From Tepidicaulis sp. (lineage in GTDB: Bacteria; Pseudomonadota; Alphaproteobacteria; Parvibaculales; Parvibaculaceae): a DNA stretch of 64,000 bases. Positions 48,968-59,083 of this stretch are shown here, one piece after another (the stretch's first letter is position 1; each line of letters begins with the position of its first letter). The notes beneath the pieces were generated by a model that was not told the DNA's origin, ran no database searches, and was given only the letters and a program-made list of their open reading frames with translations. Location of the stretch: NCBI RefSeq assembly GCF_965222285.1, contig NZ_OZ244942.1, positions 761,664 through 825,663 on the forward strand, given 5' to 3'. Position numbers and translations under genes: made by a program.

Positions 48968-49921
48968 ATGTCGGATCTTACTGCCACGAATGAACGTCTT
49001 GAGGCCGAAGCCCGCCATAATGGCGGCTCGGCCCGGGACTATTTCGAGCTCCTGAAACCGCGGGTGATGTCGCTCGTGATTTTCACGGGGCTCGTCGGCA
49101 TCGTCGTGGCGCCGGGCTCGATCCATCCCGTCATCGCTTTCACCGCGCTGCTGTGCATTGCGGTGGGGGCGGGCGCTTCGGGCGCCTTGAATATGTGGTA
49201 CGACGCCGATATCGATGCGGAAATGTCCCGCACGAGCTCGCGCCCGATCCCGGAGGGACGGATCGAGCCGGGCGAGGCGCTGGGCTTCGGGGCGACGCTT
49301 TCCGTCGGCTCCGTTCTTGCCATGGGCGTCATGGTCAATTGGACCGCCGCCGCGCTTCTGGCGCTGACCATCGGCTTTTATCTGTTCGTCTATACGATGT
49401 GGCTGAAGCGCTCGACGCCACAGAACATCGTCATCGGCGGGGCCGCGGGGGCATTCCCGCCCATGATCGGCTGGGCCGCGGTGACGGGCTCCGTCTCGCT
49501 GGAATCGATCACGCTCTTCCTCATCATTTTCATGTGGACGCCGCCCCATTTCTGGGCGCTCGCGCTTTACCGGGCAGGCGACTATGAAAAAGTTTCCGTT
49601 CCCATGCTCCCGGTCGTGGCGGGCAAGCGGGAAACGCGCAAACAGATCCTGATTTATTCGGTGCTTCTGGTCGCAACAACCCTGGCGCCTGTCGCGCTCG
49701 GCTTTGCCGGGCTCGTCTATGGCGCGGTCACGCTTGCCGCCGGCATCTTCTTCCTCGTGCTTGCTGCCCGCATCTGGGTGGAAGGGGACGGGGAGAAGGC
49801 CGACGGGCGGGCCAAGGCACTGTTCGGCTTTTCCATCCTTTATCTGTTCCTGCTTTTTGCAACCTTGCTCGTGGAACATGCGGCCGGCTTGACGTTCGCC
49901 GTTCCGGGCCTGGGGGCATAA
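48968..49921 (+). CDS. ctaB: Protoheme IX farnesyltransferase (heme o synthase)
   Basis: [34 protein letters not shown], and a UbiA-fold membrane protein. Confidence 0.9.
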   Translation: MSDLTATNERLEAEARHNGGSARDYFELLKPRVMSLVIFTGLVGIVVAPGSIHPVIAFTALLCIAVGAGASGALNMWYDADIDAEMSRTSSRPIPEGRIEPGEALGFGATLSVGSVLAMGVMVNWTAAALLALTIGFYLFVYTMWLKRSTPQNIVIGGAAGAFPPMIGWAAVTGSVSLESITLFLIIFMWTPPHFWALALYRAGDYEKVSVPMLPVVAGKRETRKQILIYSVLLVATTLAPVALGFAGLVYGAVTLAAGIFFLVLAARIWVEGDGEKADGRAKALFGFSILYLFLLFATLLVEHAAGLTFAVPGLGA

Positions 49922-49931
49922 GGGGGAAGCG

Positions 49932-50132
49932 ATGGAAGGTGAAGAAAAGAAAAGCGAGGGTGAGACGAACCCGAGCGAGCGCCCGGATGCTTCCGGCTGG
50001 ACGCCGGAGCTTTATGCCCGGCGCAAGGCGCGGGCAAAGGCAATGGCCTGGGTGCTTGTGGCGATGATCGCGCTTTTCTTCCTGGTGACGGTTGTCAAAC
50101 TCGGCGGGAACATCGCCGAGCGGTCGATATGA
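49932..50132 (+). CDS. Small membrane protein within the cox cluster
   Basis: 66 aa with an acidic/basic N-terminus and one TM helix (AMAWVLVAMIALFFLVTVV). Its stop overlaps the ctaG start (ATGA). Confidence 0.5.
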   Translation: MEGEEKKSEGETNPSERPDASGWTPELYARRKARAKAMAWVLVAMIALFFLVTVVKLGGNIAERSI

Positions 50133-50704
50133 ACGGTGCGCAAGCTATGACGGCAGCGGCATATGAAAACAGAACCGGCGGCTTGAAGATCGCGCTCCTT
50201 TGCGTGGGCGTGGCGGTCGGTATGGTCGGCCTTTCTTATGCCGCCGTGCCGCTCTATCAGATCTTCTGCCAGGTGACGGGCTATGGCGGCACCACGAACC
50301 GGGCGGATGCCGCTTCTGCCTCCGTGCTCGACCGTGAGATCACGATCCGCTTCGACGGCAATACGTCGAAAGACATGCCCTGGGATTTCAAACCGGCAAG
50401 CCAGCCGGTGACGCTGAAGATCGGCGAGACGGGGCTTGCCTTTTACGAAGCGCATAACAATTCTGACAAGCCCATTGTCGGCACGGCGACCTTCAACGTG
50501 ACGCCGCAGCAGGCAGGCTACTACTTCAACAAGATCGAATGCTTCTGCTTTACCGAGCAGCGGCTGGAGCCGGGTCAGCGGGTGGATATGCCTGTGACCT
50601 TCTTCATCGATCCGGAAATCGCGGACGATCCGCAGCTCGACAGCATTAAGACAATTACGCTGTCCTATACGTTTTTTCCGAAGAAAGAGGCTTCTTCGGA
50701 GTAA
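50129..50704 (+). CDS. ctaG: Cytochrome c oxidase assembly protein CtaG/Cox11
   Basis: VPLYQIFCQVTGYGGT and KIECFCFTEQ. Confidence 0.9.
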   Translation: MNGAQAMTAAAYENRTGGLKIALLCVGVAVGMVGLSYAAVPLYQIFCQVTGYGGTTNRADAASASVLDREITIRFDGNTSKDMPWDFKPASQPVTLKIGETGLAFYEAHNNSDKPIVGTATFNVTPQQAGYYFNKIECFCFTEQRLEPGQRVDMPVTFFIDPEIADDPQLDSIKTITLSYTFFPKKEASSE

Positions 50705-50762
50705 ACTGGTTGGAACTTGAGAGAAAGAGCGGGCTAGCCCCGCGAGAACGGAGTGAGGGGAA

Positions 50763-51596
50763 ATGGCAGACGCCCACGCCAAACATCATGACTATCACTT
50801 GGTCAATCCAAGCCCGTGGCCCTTCGTGGGCTCGCTTGCCGCTTTCGTGCTCGCGATCGGCGCCATCAATTACATGCATGGCGGCGCTCCCTGGGTGATG
50901 CTTATCGGCTTTGCCGGTGTGTTCTACACCATGATCGGCTGGTGGCGCGATGTGGTGAGGGAAGCGGAAAGCGGCGATCACACCCCCGTCGTGCAGCTTC
51001 ATCACCGCTATGGCATGATCATGTTCATCGCTTCGGAAGTGATGTTCTTCGTTGCCTGGTTCTGGGCTTTCTTCGACGCCAGCCTGTTCTCCAATGAGGC
51101 CGTGCAGTTCGCGCGCGTCGAGGCAACGGGCGGGCAGTGGCCGCCGGTCGGTATCGAAACCTTCGATCCCTGGCACCTGCCGCTGATCAACACGCTGATC
51201 CTGCTGACCTCCGGCACCACCGTGACCTGGGCGCACCACGCGCTGCAGCATGGCGACCGCAAGGGCCTGAAAATGGGCCTCGTGCTGACCGTCGTGCTCG
51301 GCATGCTCTTCACTGCCCTGCAGGCATATGAATACAGCCACGCCGCTTTCGGCTTCTCCGGCTCGATCTATGGCGCCACCTTCTTCATGGCGACCGGCTT
51401 CCACGGTTTCCACGTGATCATCGGCACGATCTTCCTGGCCGTGTGCCTGGGACGCGCCGTTGCCGGCCAGTTCACGCCGCAGCAGCATTTCGGTTTCGAA
51501 GCCGCTGCATGGTACTGGCACTTCGTGGACGTTGTGTGGCTCTTCCTCTTCGCCTCCATCTATGTGTGGGCGGCAGGGACACCCGCCGCACACTAA
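50763..51596 (+). CDS. ctaE: Cytochrome c oxidase subunit III
   Basis: [27 protein letters not shown], and [14 protein letters not shown]. Confidence 0.9.
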   Translation: MADAHAKHHDYHLVNPSPWPFVGSLAAFVLAIGAINYMHGGAPWVMLIGFAGVFYTMIGWWRDVVREAESGDHTPVVQLHHRYGMIMFIASEVMFFVAWFWAFFDASLFSNEAVQFARVEATGGQWPPVGIETFDPWHLPLINTLILLTSGTTVTWAHHALQHGDRKGLKMGLVLTVVLGMLFTALQAYEYSHAAFGFSGSIYGATFFMATGFHGFHVIIGTIFLAVCLGRAVAGQFTPQQHFGFEAAAWYWHFVDVVWLFLFASIYVWAAGTPAAH

Positions 51597-51617
51597 GCGC
51601 CGGGGGATTTAAGATGC

Positions 51618-51654
51618 GGGGGGCGGCGCCATCTGGCAGCCGCCCTTTGCTTTT
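51618..51654 (+). terminator. Terminator-like hairpin after ctaE
   Basis: GGGCGGC-N11-GCCGCCC followed by TTTGCTTTT. Confidence 0.45.
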
Positions 51655-51707
51655 CCGGCGAGAGACCGGGGCCGGAAAAACGGAAAAGAGCTTGAAAGGA
51701 TAGACCG

Positions 51708-52082
51708 ATGGATGAGCGCTATTTTCCCCCGCAAAGCTCGCTTGGGCTGGCACTGCGGGGCAAGTGCCCGCGCTGCGGCCACGGCAAGCTCTACAAGAGC
51801 TATCTGAAGCTCGCCGATAAATGCGATTATTGCGGGCTCGATCTTGCGAAGATGGATAGCGGCGACGGCCCGGCGGTGTTCATCATCCTGATTGCCGGGT
51901 TTCTGATCGTCGGCGGGGCGCTCTTTGTCGAAGTGAGCTATCAGCCGCCTTACTGGGTGCATGGCGTGCTCTGGGGCACGCTCGGCATTCTCATTCCGCT
52001 CTTGCTGCTGCAGCCCTTCAAAACTTGGCTCATTGCCCAGCAATATAAGCACAAGGCCCAGGAAGGCCGGCTCGAGCGGTAA
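51708..52082 (+). CDS. DUF983-like zinc-ribbon membrane protein
   Basis: CPRCGHGKLYKSYLKLADKCDYCGLDL, followed by two TM helices. Confidence 0.7.
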   Translation: MDERYFPPQSSLGLALRGKCPRCGHGKLYKSYLKLADKCDYCGLDLAKMDSGDGPAVFIILIAGFLIVGGALFVEVSYQPPYWVHGVLWGTLGILIPLLLLQPFKTWLIAQQYKHKAQEGRLER

Positions 52083-52091
52083 GGGGAAGGC

Positions 52092-52823
52092 ATGTATTTC
52101 AGACCTCTTTTATGGCCGACCGTCGCTTCCCTCATCGCGCTGGGCATTCTCCTTGCGCTCGGGCAATGGCAGCTCGAGCGGCGCGACTGGAAGCTCGATC
52201 TCATTGCCCGCATGGAAGCGCGCCTTTCCGCGCCCACTATTTCCATCGGCGATATCGAGGCGGCCCGCGCGCTCGATCTGGCAGCCCATGAGTTCCGCCA
52301 TGTCGAAGTGACTGGCACGTTCCTGCATGACAAAGAGATGCACTGGTTCACGCAGGCCCCCGATATTGGCCCCGGTTATGACGTGATCACGCCGCTGCGC
52401 CTGGCCGACGGCTCTTATGTGCTGGTCGATAGAGGCTTCGTGCCCGAACGGCTGAAAGAGCAAGACGAGCGGCGCGAGGGATTGGTTGACGGCCGGGTGA
52501 CGCTTTCAGGCGTCGTGCGCGCGTCCCATCAGGCAGGCGCGCTCGATGCGGAGGATAACCCTGAAGCCAATACCTGGTTCACGCGGGATGTAGAGAAAAT
52601 GGCCGCTCATGCCGAAGTCGCGCCCGTTGCCCCCTTCCTTCTCATTCAGGACCGGGGCGAGGTGCCGGGCGGCTGGCCGCGGCCCGGGGCCTCCGTCGTG
52701 AAGCTCAAGAACGATCACCTGCAATATGCCCTGACCTGGTTCGGCCTTGCAGGCTGTCTGATTGCCGTTTACTTCGCTTATCACGTCTCGCAGGGCCGCT
52801 TAAGCTTTGGGAAACGGCGCTAA
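52092..52823 (+). CDS. SURF1 family cytochrome oxidase biogenesis protein
   Basis: N- and C-terminal TM helices, GQWQLERRDWKLDLI, NDHLQYALTWF, and cox cluster context. Confidence 0.8.
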   Translation: MYFRPLLWPTVASLIALGILLALGQWQLERRDWKLDLIARMEARLSAPTISIGDIEAARALDLAAHEFRHVEVTGTFLHDKEMHWFTQAPDIGPGYDVITPLRLADGSYVLVDRGFVPERLKEQDERREGLVDGRVTLSGVVRASHQAGALDAEDNPEANTWFTRDVEKMAAHAEVAPVAPFLLIQDRGEVPGGWPRPGASVVKLKNDHLQYALTWFGLAGCLIAVYFAYHVSQGRLSFGKRR

Positions 52824-52891
52824 GGGTGCTTTACCCCCCTTTGCCTTGGGATTAGGGTACGCCCCTTCACTTGAGCCGGGAGACAGAAGGC

Positions 52892-54295
52892 GTGAAATAC
52901 GTCAGCACACGGGGCGCGGCCCCGGAACTTGGATTTGAAGAGGCGCTTCTGACCGGGCTTGCCCGGGACGGCGGCCTTTATGTGCCGGCTGAATGGCCCG
53001 GCTTCAGCGAGGCGGAAATCCGTGCGCTTTCCGGCGCAAGCTATGAAGAAACCGCCTTTGCGGTGATGAAGCCTTTTATCGGCGATGCGGTGCCGGATGA
53101 AGATCTGAAGGGCATGATCGAGGCGGCCTATGCCAGCTTCGGCCATAAATCCGTCGCCCCGCTGTCCCAGATCGGCCCCAATGACTGGCTGATGGAGCTT
53201 TATCACGGGCCGACCCTTGCCTTTAAAGATGTGGCGATGCAGATCCTCGCCCGGCTTTTCGATTATGCGCTGGCCCGGCGCGGCGAGCGTATCACGATCG
53301 TCGGCGCAACCTCGGGGGACACGGGCTCGGCGGCGATCGAGGCCTTCAAAGGCCGGGAGACGACGGATATTTTTATCCTCCATCCCAAGGGCCGTGTTTC
53401 GGACGTGCAGCGCCGCCAGATGACGACGGTGCTCGACGCCAATGTCCATAATATTGCCATCGAAGGCAGTTTCGACGATTGCCAGGCGCTGGTAAAAGCG
53501 CTCTTCAACGATCACGGCTTCCGCGACGAGATCCGCCTTGCCGGTGTGAACTCGATCAATTGGGGCCGGGTGATGGCGCAGATCGTTTATTATTTCACCT
53601 CCGCGGTTGCGCTCGGCGCGCCTTCGCGCACTGTCTCCTTTTCCGTGCCGACGGGTAATTTCGGGGATATTTTTGCAGGCTATGTTGCCAAGCAAATGGG
53701 CCTGCCCATCGAGCAGCTCATCATCGCGACGAACCGCAACGATATTTTGAGCCGCGTGATGACGAGCGGGCGCTATGAAGTGGGCGAGGTGATGCCCACC
53801 ATGAGCCCTTCCATGGACATTCAGGTCTCGAGCAATTTCGAGCGGCTGCTTTTCGACATGTATGAGCGGGACGGGGCGAAGGTTGCCGGCCTGATGAATT
53901 CGCTTGCCCAGTCGGGCGGCTTCTCGGTCGATGAAGAACGCCTTGCCCTGACGCGCCGGCTTTTCGGCGCGGCGCGTGCAAGCGAGGAAGAGACGGCGGC
54001 GGCCATCGAGCGTATCTTTAAAGAAACGGGGCGTCTCATCGATCCGCATACCGCCGTCGGCGTGAAAGCTGCCGAAGAAAAGCGCCAGGGAAAAGACGTG
54101 CCGATGGTCACGCTCTCGACCGCGCATCCGGCGAAGTTCCCCGCGCCGGTCGAAAAAGTGACGGGTCAGCATCCCGCCTTGCCCGCGCGCATGGATGGGC
54201 TCTTCGAGCGCGAAGAGCGCTGCGCGACGCTCGCCAATGACGTAAAAGCGCTGAGCGCCTATATCCGTGAAAGGGCGCGGGTGGTTGCCGCATGA
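52892..54295 (+). CDS. thrC: Threonine synthase
   Basis: KYVSTRG, PLP lysine motif HGPTLAFKDVA, and GATSGDTGSAA. A GTG start at 52892 is preceded by AGAAGG. Confidence 0.9.
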   Translation: MKYVSTRGAAPELGFEEALLTGLARDGGLYVPAEWPGFSEAEIRALSGASYEETAFAVMKPFIGDAVPDEDLKGMIEAAYASFGHKSVAPLSQIGPNDWLMELYHGPTLAFKDVAMQILARLFDYALARRGERITIVGATSGDTGSAAIEAFKGRETTDIFILHPKGRVSDVQRRQMTTVLDANVHNIAIEGSFDDCQALVKALFNDHGFRDEIRLAGVNSINWGRVMAQIVYYFTSAVALGAPSRTVSFSVPTGNFGDIFAGYVAKQMGLPIEQLIIATNRNDILSRVMTSGRYEVGEVMPTMSPSMDIQVSSNFERLLFDMYERDGAKVAGLMNSLAQSGGFSVDEERLALTRRLFGAARASEEETAAAIERIFKETGRLIDPHTAVGVKAAEEKRQGKDVPMVTLSTAHPAKFPAPVEKVTGQHPALPARMDGLFEREERCATLANDVKALSAYIRERARVVAA

Positions 54296-55557
54296 GCATG
54301 CACCCCAAGGTTACGCGGCTGGATAGTGGGCTGACCATCCTTTCCGATGAGATGAGCCATGTGGACAGCGTCTCTGTCGGTGTTTGGGTCGATGCGGGCG
54401 CGCGCCACGAAACGCCCGCCCGGCACGGCATTTCCCATATGCTCGAGCACATGGCGTTCAAAGGCACTGCCTCGCGCTCGGCTCAGCGCATTGCCGAAGA
54501 AATCGAGAATGTGGGCGGGCATATCAATGCCGCAACTTCTCATGAAACGACCGCTTATTACGCCCGCGTCCTGAAAGAAGACACGCCTCTGGCGCTCGAC
54601 ATTCTGGCGGACATTCTCCAGCGCTCGGCCTTCGAGGGCGAAGAGCTGGAGCGCGAGCGCGGGGTTATCCTGCAGGAGATCGGGCAGGCCGCCGACACGC
54701 CGGACGATATCGTCTTCGACCATTTGATGAGCGTGTCTTATCCCGGCCAGGCGCTGGGCCGGCCCATTCTCGGCACGCCGGAAACGGTGGGCGGTTTTTC
54801 CTCCGGCGATCTGCGCGCCTACATGGCCGACCGCTATCATGCCCCCTCCATGGTCGTCGCGGCAGCAGGTGCCGTCGATCATGAGGCGCTGGTAAGCGAG
54901 GTAGCGGAGAAGTTTTCTGCGCTGCCCGCCGCGCGGCCGAACGAACATGAGCGCGCGCGTTTTGAAGGGCGTGAGCTGCGCGATGAAAAACCGCTCGAAC
55001 AGGCGCATGTGACCCTTGCCTTTGAAGGTGTGCCTTACGGGGACCCGGATTATTACACCGCGCAGGTTTTTGCGAGCGTGCTGGGCGGGGGCATGTCCTC
55101 CCGGCTTTTCCAGGAAGTGCGCGAGAAGCGCGGGCTTTGCTATTCGGTTTTTTCCTTCAACTGGTCTTTTGCCGATACCGGCCTTTTCGGCGTTTATGCG
55201 GGCACGGCGCCGGAAGATCTCGGCGAGCTGATGCCCGTCATGGCGGAAGAAATTCAGCGCCTTGGGGAAGATGCGAGCGAGGAGGAAACCGCCCGCGCCC
55301 GTGCGCAGCTCAAAGCCGGACTCCTGATGGGGCTCGAATCGTCCAGCGCCCGGGCCGAGCAAATGGCCCGCCAGATGATGGTTTTCGGCCGTTTATTGCC
55401 TACCGAACACGTGATCGGCGAAGTGGAGCGGGTGGATGCCGGGGCGCTGAAAGCCTATGCAAAACGCTTGCTTGCGGGGCCCGCGCCCGCCCTTGCCGCT
55501 GTCGGCCCCCTTGGCGGGCTTGAAAAGCAGGACCGGATCGCGGCAAGATTCGGCTAA
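54292..55557 (+). CDS. M16 family (pitrilysin-like) metallopeptidase
   Basis: Inverted zinc motif GISHMLEHMAFKGT. There is a 4-bp overlap with thrC. Confidence 0.85.
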   Translation: MSMHPKVTRLDSGLTILSDEMSHVDSVSVGVWVDAGARHETPARHGISHMLEHMAFKGTASRSAQRIAEEIENVGGHINAATSHETTAYYARVLKEDTPLALDILADILQRSAFEGEELERERGVILQEIGQAADTPDDIVFDHLMSVSYPGQALGRPILGTPETVGGFSSGDLRAYMADRYHAPSMVVAAAGAVDHEALVSEVAEKFSALPAARPNEHERARFEGRELRDEKPLEQAHVTLAFEGVPYGDPDYYTAQVFASVLGGGMSSRLFQEVREKRGLCYSVFSFNWSFADTGLFGVYAGTAPEDLGELMPVMAEEIQRLGEDASEEETARARAQLKAGLLMGLESSSARAEQMARQMMVFGRLLPTEHVIGEVERVDAGALKAYAKRLLAGPAPALAAVGPLGGLEKQDRIAARFG

Positions 55558-55602
55558 CGGCGCGCCCGGCCTTTACCGGGCCGGAACAAAAAACGGCAAG
55601 GC

Positions 55603-56187
55603 ATGGTCTTCCTGAAATCTATGACGCGCCCGGAGGTGGCGCCGCTTGTGAGGGGCAGGGGCGTTTATCTGCGCGGGCCGATGATGAGCGATTACGGCGA
55701 ATGGGCGGAGCTGCGCACCCGCTCGCGCGCCTTCCTGACGCCTTGGGAGCCGACCTGGCCGGCGGACGATCTGACCCGCGCCGCCTTCCGCCGCCGCCTG
55801 CGCCGCTATATGCGCGATGTGCGCGAGGATGCGGCCTATCCGTTTTTCATTTTCCGCGCCGAAGACGATGCGCTCGTTGGCGGCTGCACGATTTCCAATG
55901 TACAACGGGGCGTGCAGCAATCCTGCGCGCTGGGCTATTGGGCGGGCGAGCCTTATGCGGGCAATGGCTATGTCACCGCGGCGGTCAAAGCCCTGATGCC
56001 CTTCGTCTTCGACGAATTGCGCCTGCACCGGGTGCAGGCGGCCTGTCTGATCAATAATGAGCGCTCCAAGGCGGTGCTCAAAAAATGCGGCTTTAAGGAA
56101 GAGGGAATTGCGCGTGAATATCTCAAGATCAATGGCCAGTGGCATGACCATGCCGTCTTTGCGCTGTTGAGCGGCGACCCGCGCTGA
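55603..56187 (+). CDS. GNAT family N-acetyltransferase (RimJ/RimL-like)
   Basis: LGYWAGEPYAGNGYVTAAVKAL...LHRVQAACLINNERSKAVLKKCGFKEEG. Confidence 0.8.
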   Translation: MVFLKSMTRPEVAPLVRGRGVYLRGPMMSDYGEWAELRTRSRAFLTPWEPTWPADDLTRAAFRRRLRRYMRDVREDAAYPFFIFRAEDDALVGGCTISNVQRGVQQSCALGYWAGEPYAGNGYVTAAVKALMPFVFDELRLHRVQAACLINNERSKAVLKKCGFKEEGIAREYLKINGQWHDHAVFALLSGDPR

Positions 56188-59069
56188 TGGTTTTTTCCGT
56201 GTTCCGTATCCCCTCGTTTTTGATTTTCTGCTGCGCGCTTTTCGCCGGCGCCTTGCCGCTCTCCGAAGCCAAGGCGCTCGACGCCATTGCCGTTGAAGAA
56301 GGCGCAGCGGTGACAGACCTGACCGATTTTACCGAACGTTATGAAGCGGCGGGCCGGCGCCTTTCCATTGAAACGCCGGGCGGCAAACCGCTCATTCTTT
56401 CGGCGGGGGAGGAAACGGCAGGCGGCGAATGGTGGCTGCTTGCGCTGCGCAACCGCTCGGACAAGACGGTGGAACGCGTGCTCGTCAACCGGCACGGGCT
56501 GTTGGCGGGCAGCGGGCTTGTCTGGCCTTCACCGGCCGCGGGCCGTATCGACCGCACGGCCTTTGTCGGCGGCGGGCCTTTCGAGCTTGAAACGAGGCTC
56601 CATAGCCAGCGCGTTGCGCTTACCATTCCCCCGCAAACGACACTGACGCTCGCGCTTCATGCGCAAGAGGATACGCCCGCCGATCTGCAGCTCTGGCGGC
56701 CTGAGGCGCTTTTTCTATTCGATCAGCGCCTGGCATTGCTCAATGGCGTCTTTCTCGGTATCGGCGGGGTGCTCTTTGTTTATCTGGCCGCGCTTTATCT
56801 TCTCACCGGCGCGCCGCAAACGGCCCGCGCTGCAACGCTCATGGCGGCTGGCGTTTTCACGCTCGCGGTAAGCTTCGGCTATCTCGGTTCGGTGCTGGGT
56901 TTTTCCCCTGCCTTTGAAGGGCGTATCCGGTTTTTCTCGCACGGGCTTCTGCTTTTGACCGGGCTTTATTTCGGCCTCAATCAGCTCGCCCTCAAACACC
57001 ACGCCCCCCGCCTTGAAAAGGCGGTGCGCTATGGCTGCTACGGTCTTGGCGCGGCGCTTCTTCTCGCGCTCATCTGGCCGGAAGCGGGCGGCACGCTTAT
57101 CCGCCTTGGGCTTGCCATAGCGCTTCTCGGCGGCAGCCTTGCCGCCTTCCGCCTGGCCGAGCACGGCGTGCGTGCCGCCCAGCTCTGGCTGCCGGGACTT
57201 TTCTTTTTCGATCTGGCTGCGCTGCTTGCCGGGGCGGCGGCGCTGACAAGTGCTTTGAACGGGCTGATGATGGAGCCCGTCATTGCCGGGCTTTTTATCA
57301 TTGGGGCGGCGCTCACTTCCTTTGCCATCGCCTATCAGGTGCAAACCCAGCGGCGGCGCACGGACCCGGTCATTCTGCAGGCCGAGCAGCGCCATGCTTT
57401 CGCGCTTGCCGGCGCGCGCACCAGCGTTTGGGATTGGGACATTCTGGAAGACAGGCTTTATGTCTCCCCGCTTTTGGAAGCCGAGCTCGGCCTTGAAGCG
57501 GGCACGCTTTGCGGCTCCGAGCTGATCTGGCGCGAGCGCATGCATGGGGAGGATAGGGAAACCTACCGCAACATGCTCAATACCTATATTGCGCAAGGCG
57601 ATGCGTTCTTCCGCATGGAATTCCGCCTGCGCAACGAGGCGGACGATTATGGCTGGTTCGCGCTGCAGGCAACCTGCATTGCAGGGGACGAAGGCTATGC
57701 CGTGCGCTGCACCGGCACGGTGGAAGACGTCACCATTCAGCATATGAGTGAGGACCGGCTGCTTTATGATGCCGTCCATGACAATCTGACGGGCCTGCCG
57801 AACCGGGTACTCTTCCTCGACCGTCTGGCGCGCGCCGTGCGCCGTACGGATGTGCTGGACCGCCCGCGCGCCGCGCTCATCGTGATTGATCTCGACCGCT
57901 TTCGCTCTGTGAACAATGCCTTCGGCCATGGCGCGGGCGATATGATGCTCATCACGCTTGCCCGCCGTTTGGAAGCGCTGGTGGGACCGGAAGACACTGT
58001 GGCGCGCACGGAAGGCGATGAGTTTTCCATTCTCCTCGTCGGCGATACGGAGCCCGAGGACGCCTATCAGCGGGCCGAGGCCATTTTGGATGTGCTGGGC
58101 CAGCCCATCGAGATGCAGGGGCGGGAAGTCTTTCCGGCGGCGAGCGCCGGCATCGCTATTTGTGAAGACCGGCATGAGCGCCCGGAAGATGTGTTCAAGG
58201 AAGCCGAGCTCGCGCTTTTCCATGCCAAGCGTTCGGGCAAGGCAAATATCGAGCTATTCACCCCGGAGCTGCGCGAGGAGCTGCGCGACCAGGTGCCGCT
58301 CGAACATGATTTGCGCCGGGCGCTGGAGCGCAAGGAACTCGAAGCCTTCTACCAGCCTATCATGTCGCTCGCCGATGGGCGGGTGGCCGGGTTCGAGGCG
58401 CTACTCCGCTGGCATCATCCGGCCTATGGCATGCTGACGCCGGACGATTTCATTCCGCTGGCCGAGGAAACGGGCCTCATTGTCGATATCGGCCGCTTCG
58501 TGCTCGGTCAGGCGGCGCAGGATCTTGTCGGCTGGCAGAAACTCTTCCCGCTGCAGCGACCGCTTTTCGTCTCCGTCAATGTGTCGAGCCGCCAATTGCT
58601 ACGTCACGATCTCATTCAGGATCTGGAAGAATTTTTGTCCAAGACGAATATTGCGCCGGAAAGCCTGAAGCTGGAAGTGACGGAAAGTCTGGTGATGGAA
58701 AACCCGGAACTTGCCGCGCGCATGCTGCACCGGGTGAAGAAAAAAGGTGCGGGCCTTTCGCTCGACGATTTCGGCACCGGCTATTCAAGCCTCTCTTATC
58801 TGCAGCGCTTTCCCTTCGACACGCTGAAAATCGACCGCAGCTTCGTTTCGGAAAGCCTTCATAATGATGAGACCATGGTCATCGTCAAAGCCATGGTGAG
58901 CCTTGCCAAGGGCTTGGGGCTCGACGTGGTGGCCGAAGGCGTGGAGACGGACGAGCAGGCGGCCAACATGATGGCGCTGCGCTGCGACTTCGCGCAAGGT
59001 TTCCGCTATGGCAAGGCAATGACGGGGGAAGAGGCGGTGAAATTCATCGCCCATCACTGGCAGCATTAA
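56187..59069 (+). CDS. 7TMR-DISM-type membrane receptor with PAS, degenerate GGDEF (EGDEF) and EAL domains
   Basis: A signal peptide plus periplasmic domain, about 7 TM helices and a PAS region. The GGDEF-like domain reads RTEGDEFSIL. The EAL domain contains FEALLRW, DDFGTGYSSLSYL and EGVET. Confidence 0.9.
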   Translation: MVFSVFRIPSFLIFCCALFAGALPLSEAKALDAIAVEEGAAVTDLTDFTERYEAAGRRLSIETPGGKPLILSAGEETAGGEWWLLALRNRSDKTVERVLVNRHGLLAGSGLVWPSPAAGRIDRTAFVGGGPFELETRLHSQRVALTIPPQTTLTLALHAQEDTPADLQLWRPEALFLFDQRLALLNGVFLGIGGVLFVYLAALYLLTGAPQTARAATLMAAGVFTLAVSFGYLGSVLGFSPAFEGRIRFFSHGLLLLTGLYFGLNQLALKHHAPRLEKAVRYGCYGLGAALLLALIWPEAGGTLIRLGLAIALLGGSLAAFRLAEHGVRAAQLWLPGLFFFDLAALLAGAAALTSALNGLMMEPVIAGLFIIGAALTSFAIAYQVQTQRRRTDPVILQAEQRHAFALAGARTSVWDWDILEDRLYVSPLLEAELGLEAGTLCGSELIWRERMHGEDRETYRNMLNTYIAQGDAFFRMEFRLRNEADDYGWFALQATCIAGDEGYAVRCTGTVEDVTIQHMSEDRLLYDAVHDNLTGLPNRVLFLDRLARAVRRTDVLDRPRAALIVIDLDRFRSVNNAFGHGAGDMMLITLARRLEALVGPEDTVARTEGDEFSILLVGDTEPEDAYQRAEAILDVLGQPIEMQGREVFPAASAGIAICEDRHERPEDVFKEAELALFHAKRSGKANIELFTPELREELRDQVPLEHDLRRALERKELEAFYQPIMSLADGRVAGFEALLRWHHPAYGMLTPDDFIPLAEETGLIVDIGRFVLGQAAQDLVGWQKLFPLQRPLFVSVNVSSRQLLRHDLIQDLEEFLSKTNIAPESLKLEVTESLVMENPELAARMLHRVKKKGAGLSLDDFGTGYSSLSYLQRFPFDTLKIDRSFVSESLHNDETMVIVKAMVSLAKGLGLDVVAEGVETDEQAANMMALRCDFAQGFRYGKAMTGEEAVKFIAHHWQH

Positions 59070-59083
59070 GCCGGCCGCCAAAA

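Noticed and set aside
52820-58223. Minus-strand ORFs 52820-54172, 54259-55362 and 56715-58223.
   Set aside because: They are antisense to thrC, the M16 peptidase and the GGDEF-EAL gene, and I recognise no motifs in them.
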